A program made the translations under genes and the position numbers. The notes under the pieces were generated by a model. It was not told the origin of the DNA and made no database searches. It saw only the letters and a program-made list of their open reading frames with translations. This document shows, in pieces, positions 59,682 through 64,000 of a DNA stretch of 64,000 nt; the stretch's first letter is position 1, and each line of letters opens with the position of its first letter. Source of the stretch: a virus (taxonomy: Duplodnaviria > Caudoviricetes); the IMG/VR virus record IMGVR_UViG_3300032301_000632, positions 14,136 to 78,135 of that record, one strand, 5' to 3'.

Positions 59682-59717
59682 TGTTTTAAATTTTAAAGTT
59701 TATTATGTTATATTTTC

Positions 59718-59746
59718 ATTATACTATTTTATTAATTTAATGACAA
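59718..59746 (-). promoter_or_regulatory. Near-consensus sigma70-type promoter for tube copy 2
   Basis: On the - strand TTGTCA-N17-TATAAT; the -10 box lies ~36 nt upstream of the ATG. Confidence 0.75.
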
Positions 59747-59776
59747 AAAAAAGAGGTCAATATTAGCCTCTTTTTT
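59745..59776 (-). terminator. Terminator between the two tube genes
   Basis: A8-GAGGTCAATATTAGCCTC-T6; a copy of the 60644-60675 hairpin with two substitutions. Confidence 0.7.
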
Positions 59777-59791
59777 ATAGATTAATTAATT

Positions 59792-60580
59792 TTAATTAAT
59801 AAAATCAGTTCCGTCATTACCTAGGTTAGTCCCAGCAGTATCAGAAGATACTAAGTTACCAGTAACTACACTACTACCAACTAAATCCCAAGGGAAAGGA
59901 ACAACCGCAGCATCAGAGGTAGCACCTGCTTTTAGAGCAGCTAATCCACCTACTGACTCTAAGTACGTACCTGCTCCTATCTGTGTACCGTTAATTTCTT
60001 CGATACCTTCAGCTACACCTTCCCAACGATTAGCGATAACACTACGTCCTGCTGTACTTCCTAATGTGTAACTATCTACTTTACAGAATGTAAGTCTTAG
60101 TTTACCAACAGTTTTTCTTTCAGCTGATGCTCCTGTAGGAGATTTCACATAATCAGTTCCAGTATTTTCAAAAGTACTTTCTGATACTGTCTTACCGTCA
60201 GGCAAAGTAGAATTCTGTAATTCCGCAGCATTTAATGAGAAAGTAATTTGAAATCTTGTTCCTCTATTCAATCTTGCTGAACGTGATATAGTAGCTAATC
60301 CAAATGTGTGCTCTAATGCACGGTAATCTAACATACCTCTCTCAAGTACCCAACCAATTTGGAATTCGCCATCTAAATAACGAGGTACACGTTGGTTAAA
60401 TTCCAAGTAAGGTTCAGTTGAATTTCTAATAGTAATTTGAATAGAGACAAACCGACCAATCATTGTATACGAGCCAGTAGCTTGGTCTAACACGTATACA
60501 TCAGCATCAAACCCCTGCATAGGGTCAAGTACTGCGTTATTAATTGGAGCTTTAAATAGGTCGTTTGAAATTTTTGCCAT
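59792..60580 (-). CDS. Tail tube protein, copy 1
   Basis: 262 aa paralogue of the 58893-59681 gene, immediately downstream of the sheath. Confidence 0.75.
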   Translation of the reverse strand: MAKISNDLFKAPINNAVLDPMQGFDADVYVLDQATGSYTMIGRFVSIQITIRNSTEPYLEFNQRVPRYLDGEFQIGWVLERGMLDYRALEHTFGLATISRSARLNRGTRFQITFSLNAAELQNSTLPDGKTVSESTFENTGTDYVKSPTGASAERKTVGKLRLTFCKVDSYTLGSTAGRSVIANRWEGVAEGIEEINGTQIGAGTYLESVGGLAALKAGATSDAAVVPFPWDLVGSSVVTGNLVSSDTAGTNLGNDGTDFIN

Positions 60581-60616
60581 TGTTTTAAATTTTAAAGTTT
60601 ATTATGTTATATTTTC

Positions 60617-60645
60617 ATTATACTATTTTATTAATTTAATGACAA
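60617..60645 (-). promoter_or_regulatory. Near-consensus sigma70-type promoter for tube copy 1
   Basis: TTGTCA-N17-TATAAT on the - strand, identical to the 59718-59746 copy. Confidence 0.75.
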
Positions 60646-60675
60646 AAAAAAGAGGTCAATATTGACCTCTTTTTT
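60644..60675 (-). terminator. Bidirectional-looking terminator after the sheath gene
   Basis: Perfect palindrome AAAAAAGAGGTCAAT|ATTGACCTCTTTTTT. Confidence 0.85.
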
Positions 60676-60688
60676 CTTACAGTTTAAC

Positions 60689-63607
60689 TTAAACAGCTAA
60701 ATCAATGACAAAGCTACTACTTACAGTTTGTACAACAGTAACGTTAATATAGTCAGCAGGGAATATAGGTACATAAACCACAGTGATATTTAATTTACCT
60801 TGAGAAATACTAATTGCAGTATTATTAGTCTCATTACAAACAGTAGGATTATAACTAACAATAACCCCTTTGCGAACAATAGATTCTAAGAAAGCATCAC
60901 AAGAATCTGAGACACGAGTTCTTAATTCAGCATCATTGGAAGCAGAGCGAGCCCATTGTAAGTTATAGAACAGATTAGTAAGGATATAGTGATTTGTTCT
61001 TACTAAAGAAATCCATTTACGGTTAGTATCTAAAGAACTACACAGACCATTAAGGAATTTATACCCACCAGCAGAAGTATCATAAGATAAAACTTCTACA
61101 CGTGCACGAGTAATTGCATCTAAAACATTTAGTTTATTAGATGTATCTACAGAAACAACACCATTTAAAGTACGACCTAAATTAGAAGCAGCAGGGCTAA
61201 CTTGAGGTGCTGAAGTAGCCAAAACACCAGCATAGAATCCTTCAGGACTAGTACTATTCAAACCTAAATGTTCTGCACCAGCAGTAGTTACCCATCCAGA
61301 TACAATAACAACATTGGGAGAATTATAAGCTGAACCAACAGATTGTGCACGAGTACTGCTTAGATTCTTAGGAGCAGCTAAAATAGCAATTCTTAATCCA
61401 TTATAAGGAGTAGATTGATTAGCTTGAATAACTAACTCAGAAGTTACAGCAGAATAACGTACAGACCCAACAGAAATACCAGGAGCAGAGATAAATGCCA
61501 CATCTTGATTTTCTAAACGACGAATAGCATCTAGATAATCAACTTCAGGAATTTGACCTGTATAGTACTCAGCAGGCTCAGCTCCACCAGTTAGAGGAAT
61601 ATTACGTAGATAGAAAGGACCACGGTTAGATGGGTGATAAGGAAGCTTTTCAATATCAGTCTCAGCAACTAATTCAGGTAAAGGAGGTGCTGTTCTTACA
61701 GGTACTGTATTGAATAACTCTTTATTAATTGGAGCACCAGAAGAATTTAATAGAGGGACAAAGTATGCACGAACTAAGAAACTATCTGCTAACTCTAGAA
61801 TTCTTGCAGAAGTTAAATCTACATTATTTAAGTCAATTTGATAAGATTCAGGAGGGATAGGTGCACTGTATACACTGCTGTTTTCTAGAAATACATCTAG
61901 AGAGAAACGTCCATAATCTTGAGGAGTAACATTTAAACGAATGTTATTTCCAATTAACCCAGGAGAAATAGCTTCTACATAAACAACAGCTCGACCATTT
62001 TTATCATATAAAAATACTCCAGCAGGTTTAAATGGTTTTCTTTCACCTAAAGTAGTTTGTTTTACACCATATAAAGTATTAACACCATCAGAATATTTTA
62101 AATCTAGAGCAGCGTTTGTACCTATAGTTTGAGCTGTATCATCAGCTAGTACTGATTTAATAGTATAGTTTAGATTTCTAACTAATAGACGACCAGTAAC
62201 TGTCTCAAATATTAATGAGTAAGGTAAATAACGGTCATTAATATAAACATCTTGTAAAATACCATCAAAAGAATTATCAGCAAGAATTGCATTTTTTAAC
62301 TGGGTTAAAATAGATAAACTACTTGTCTTAGGAGGAAAAGCTAAAGGAGAATTACCTAAAGGTTGACCAAGATACTCAGTAGCACCAACTGTAACAGTTT
62401 TCTTAAATGCACTAATTGAGAAGTAAGAGTTTTTATCTCCACTTAGATTTAATTCTTTATTAGTTTCAATATTACCATACCAGAATTTAATACCAGTATC
62501 TAGATACTCATATACACCAGCAGCACTAGTTTCAACTAAGATTTTTAAACTAATTTTCTGATTAGCTTTCTGAATAATAGTTGTTGCTGTCTCAGTGATA
62601 GCATCATTTGTTTTTTGAATTGCTATAAATCCTAGTGCACCTGCCCCTAACCGATAAGACTTAGATTCAATAGTACCAGTAGGTAATGCAGAACCTTCAA
62701 AACCTGTAAATGCATACGCGAATACAGAATAATCTTGACTATCAGCAGTAACTACTAAAGTAAAGTCATCGCCAGCAACAGTTGTAGAAGTGGTTACACC
62801 ACGTACTAGTACTGCATACTTAGTGGAAGATTTTTTATAAGGATAGCTGACTACTTCTAATTTACCAGCAACACCACCTAATAAAATCATACCAGGATGA
62901 ATTGCACGGAAATAATCAGTTGAGTTTGCCGCAGCAATTTCAAATTCTAACTCTACGACTTTTGTAGCAGCTGCATTTGGAGCAACTGCTTTCATCTGAA
63001 TTAATGCAGCAGGAAGACCACTTTTAGCAACAATATCATCTTGAGAGACTTTGTTTACAGATTTAAATTTGAAAGTACCGTAACCTTCTAGTAAAAAATC
63101 AGAGCCTAACTTCTCTCCACTATTAGAAAATACTTCTAAAGGTGCAAACGTATTGTCAACTTTTTTAACTGTACCTAAACTTGCACCAGGGTAAGATTGA
63201 GCTTCAGTAATAGCCTCAAAGTTAGAAATAAGACCTACAGTTCTTTTTGCGGTCTCATCAGTCTCAGACTCTAGTGTATCAGGAGCAGCTGAATTAACAA
63301 AGTTAATACTACCTGAAGATGGATGAATATTAGGCAATACACGACTAACAATAAAGTTAGTAGCACCCTGCATCATAGCTTGTCTAACAAAGATACTTCC
63401 AGGACTATCATCTTCTCCGTATAGTCTGATAAAATCTTCACGACTTCTAATCGTAGCTAATTCTGGTCCTTGTTTGAATACACCAACTACCCCAATAGTA
63501 TTTCTCCATTGAGCTGTGAATGGGGCAGGTCCTACAAATTTTGTGTCAAATGAAATATGTGGGAATGCGTATGAACTCCCAAGTTGTGTACCTGAAGTGT
63601 TTACCAT
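60689..63607 (-). CDS. Contractile tail sheath protein (972 aa)
   Basis: N-terminal TIGVVGVFKQGP...SREDFIRLYG...GATNFIVSRV. C-terminal WISLVRT...DAFLESIVRKGVI...VCNETNNT...QGKLNITVVYVPIFPADYINV. Confidence 0.92.
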   Translation of the reverse strand: MVNTSGTQLGSSYAFPHISFDTKFVGPAPFTAQWRNTIGVVGVFKQGPELATIRSREDFIRLYGEDDSPGSIFVRQAMMQGATNFIVSRVLPNIHPSSGSINFVNSAAPDTLESETDETAKRTVGLISNFEAITEAQSYPGASLGTVKKVDNTFAPLEVFSNSGEKLGSDFLLEGYGTFKFKSVNKVSQDDIVAKSGLPAALIQMKAVAPNAAATKVVELEFEIAAANSTDYFRAIHPGMILLGGVAGKLEVVSYPYKKSSTKYAVLVRGVTTSTTVAGDDFTLVVTADSQDYSVFAYAFTGFEGSALPTGTIESKSYRLGAGALGFIAIQKTNDAITETATTIIQKANQKISLKILVETSAAGVYEYLDTGIKFWYGNIETNKELNLSGDKNSYFSISAFKKTVTVGATEYLGQPLGNSPLAFPPKTSSLSILTQLKNAILADNSFDGILQDVYINDRYLPYSLIFETVTGRLLVRNLNYTIKSVLADDTAQTIGTNAALDLKYSDGVNTLYGVKQTTLGERKPFKPAGVFLYDKNGRAVVYVEAISPGLIGNNIRLNVTPQDYGRFSLDVFLENSSVYSAPIPPESYQIDLNNVDLTSARILELADSFLVRAYFVPLLNSSGAPINKELFNTVPVRTAPPLPELVAETDIEKLPYHPSNRGPFYLRNIPLTGGAEPAEYYTGQIPEVDYLDAIRRLENQDVAFISAPGISVGSVRYSAVTSELVIQANQSTPYNGLRIAILAAPKNLSSTRAQSVGSAYNSPNVVIVSGWVTTAGAEHLGLNSTSPEGFYAGVLATSAPQVSPAASNLGRTLNGVVSVDTSNKLNVLDAITRARVEVLSYDTSAGGYKFLNGLCSSLDTNRKWISLVRTNHYILTNLFYNLQWARSASNDAELRTRVSDSCDAFLESIVRKGVIVSYNPTVCNETNNTAISISQGKLNITVVYVPIFPADYINVTVVQTVSSSFVIDLAV

Positions 63608-63710
63608 TTACTTTTCTTGTTTTATATTATTTAACATATACTTTATTATTACACGATTAATCTAAAATATTTCAGTCATAAATTAGTCAGTATTCAGCTC
63701 CCTGTTATAC

Positions 63711-63741
63711 AAAAAAGCCCATCTAACTATTAGACAGGCTT
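63711..63741 (-). terminator. Probable terminator upstream of the sheath gene
   Basis: On the - strand AAGCCTGTCTAA-tag-TTAGATGGGCTT-TTTT, with G-U pairs. Confidence 0.65.
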
Positions 63742-63768
63742 ACATGTACTGTATACAATCTATTGAGT

Positions 63769-63996
63769 TTACATTAAAAGAGAAATGTCAGGGGGAGTAA
63801 ACCCAAATTTCTTTAATGCCTTCTTTAAAGCACTAATAGGGTCTAACCCTTTTTCCTGTACTAACATAGTTGCTTTTTCTTCTATCTTAGCTATAATATT
63901 TAATTGTTCAATAGTCATCCCATCTTGCACATCTTCCACACCCCACTCTTCTTTTAATTGAGCTTCAGTTCTATCAAATACCGCTAGGTACTCCAT
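63769..63996 (-). CDS. Hypothetical protein, possibly 5'-truncated
   Basis: 75 aa from the ATG at 63996, but the frame stays open to the window edge (the preceding codon is GAC). Confidence 0.5.
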   Translation of the reverse strand: MEYLAVFDRTEAQLKEEWGVEDVQDGMTIEQLNIIAKIEEKATMLVQEKGLDPISALKKALKKFGFTPPDISLLM

Positions 63997-64000
63997 GTCA

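Larger units (their letters stand above)
58893..60676 (-). repeat. Tandem duplication (period 899 bp) of tube gene plus upstream cassette
   Basis: The two tube starts are 899 bp apart. About 95 bp upstream of each is identical apart from two bases in the hairpin. Confidence 0.92.

Noticed and set aside
37842-63607. Extracellular contractile injection system (eCIS/tailocin), suggested by sheath + two tubes + baseplate + giant toxin-like ORF
   Set aside because: A terminase large subunit lies inside the block, RNR, dUTPase and KilA-N genes are adjacent, and no Afp15-like AAA+ ATPase is visible. A phage or prophage is the simpler reading.
1-64000. Alternative genetic code (stop-codon reassignment), as seen in some large phages
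   Set aside because: The standard code already gives dense, long ORFs including a 28.6 kb one, and all three stop codons terminate genes.

Overview
This window is a 64 kb AT-rich segment (about one-third GC by eye) of a large contractile-tailed (myovirus-type) phage or prophage. The host is most likely a cyanobacterium, based on eight HIP1 octamers (GCGATCGC), scarcity of other GATC sites and a cyanobacterial-type class II ribonucleotide reductase. Bases 1-8.9 kb are a + strand block of nucleotide-metabolism and accessory genes: NrdJ C-terminus, J-domain protein, dUTPase with a large insert, two antirepressor-like genes with swapped N-termini, a class 3 lipase-like gene and small hypotheticals. 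Bases 8.8-64 kb are a - strand virion block. In transcription order it holds a 972 aa tail sheath, two duplicated tail tubes each with an identical terminator/promoter cassette, baseplate hub, spike and wedge genes, terminase large subunit, a coiled-coil fibre-like protein, a glycosyltransferase and a single 28.6 kb ORF of 9,530 aa. The giant protein is the main discovery candidate. It carries an N-terminal phospholipase D-like fold with two degenerate HxK motifs, two HEYSHH...E(L)xAN zincin-like motifs, many hydrophobic Gly/Ala helices, a region of 1.4-1.7 kb internal duplications studded with about 20 GAI(V/I/Q) motifs, and a C-terminal Amidase_3-like domain. It looks like a tape-measure or ejection-type polyvalent envelope-breaching protein. 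I recognised no capsid, portal, tRNA, CRISPR or integrase genes. All family calls are motif recognition by eye, not database searches.
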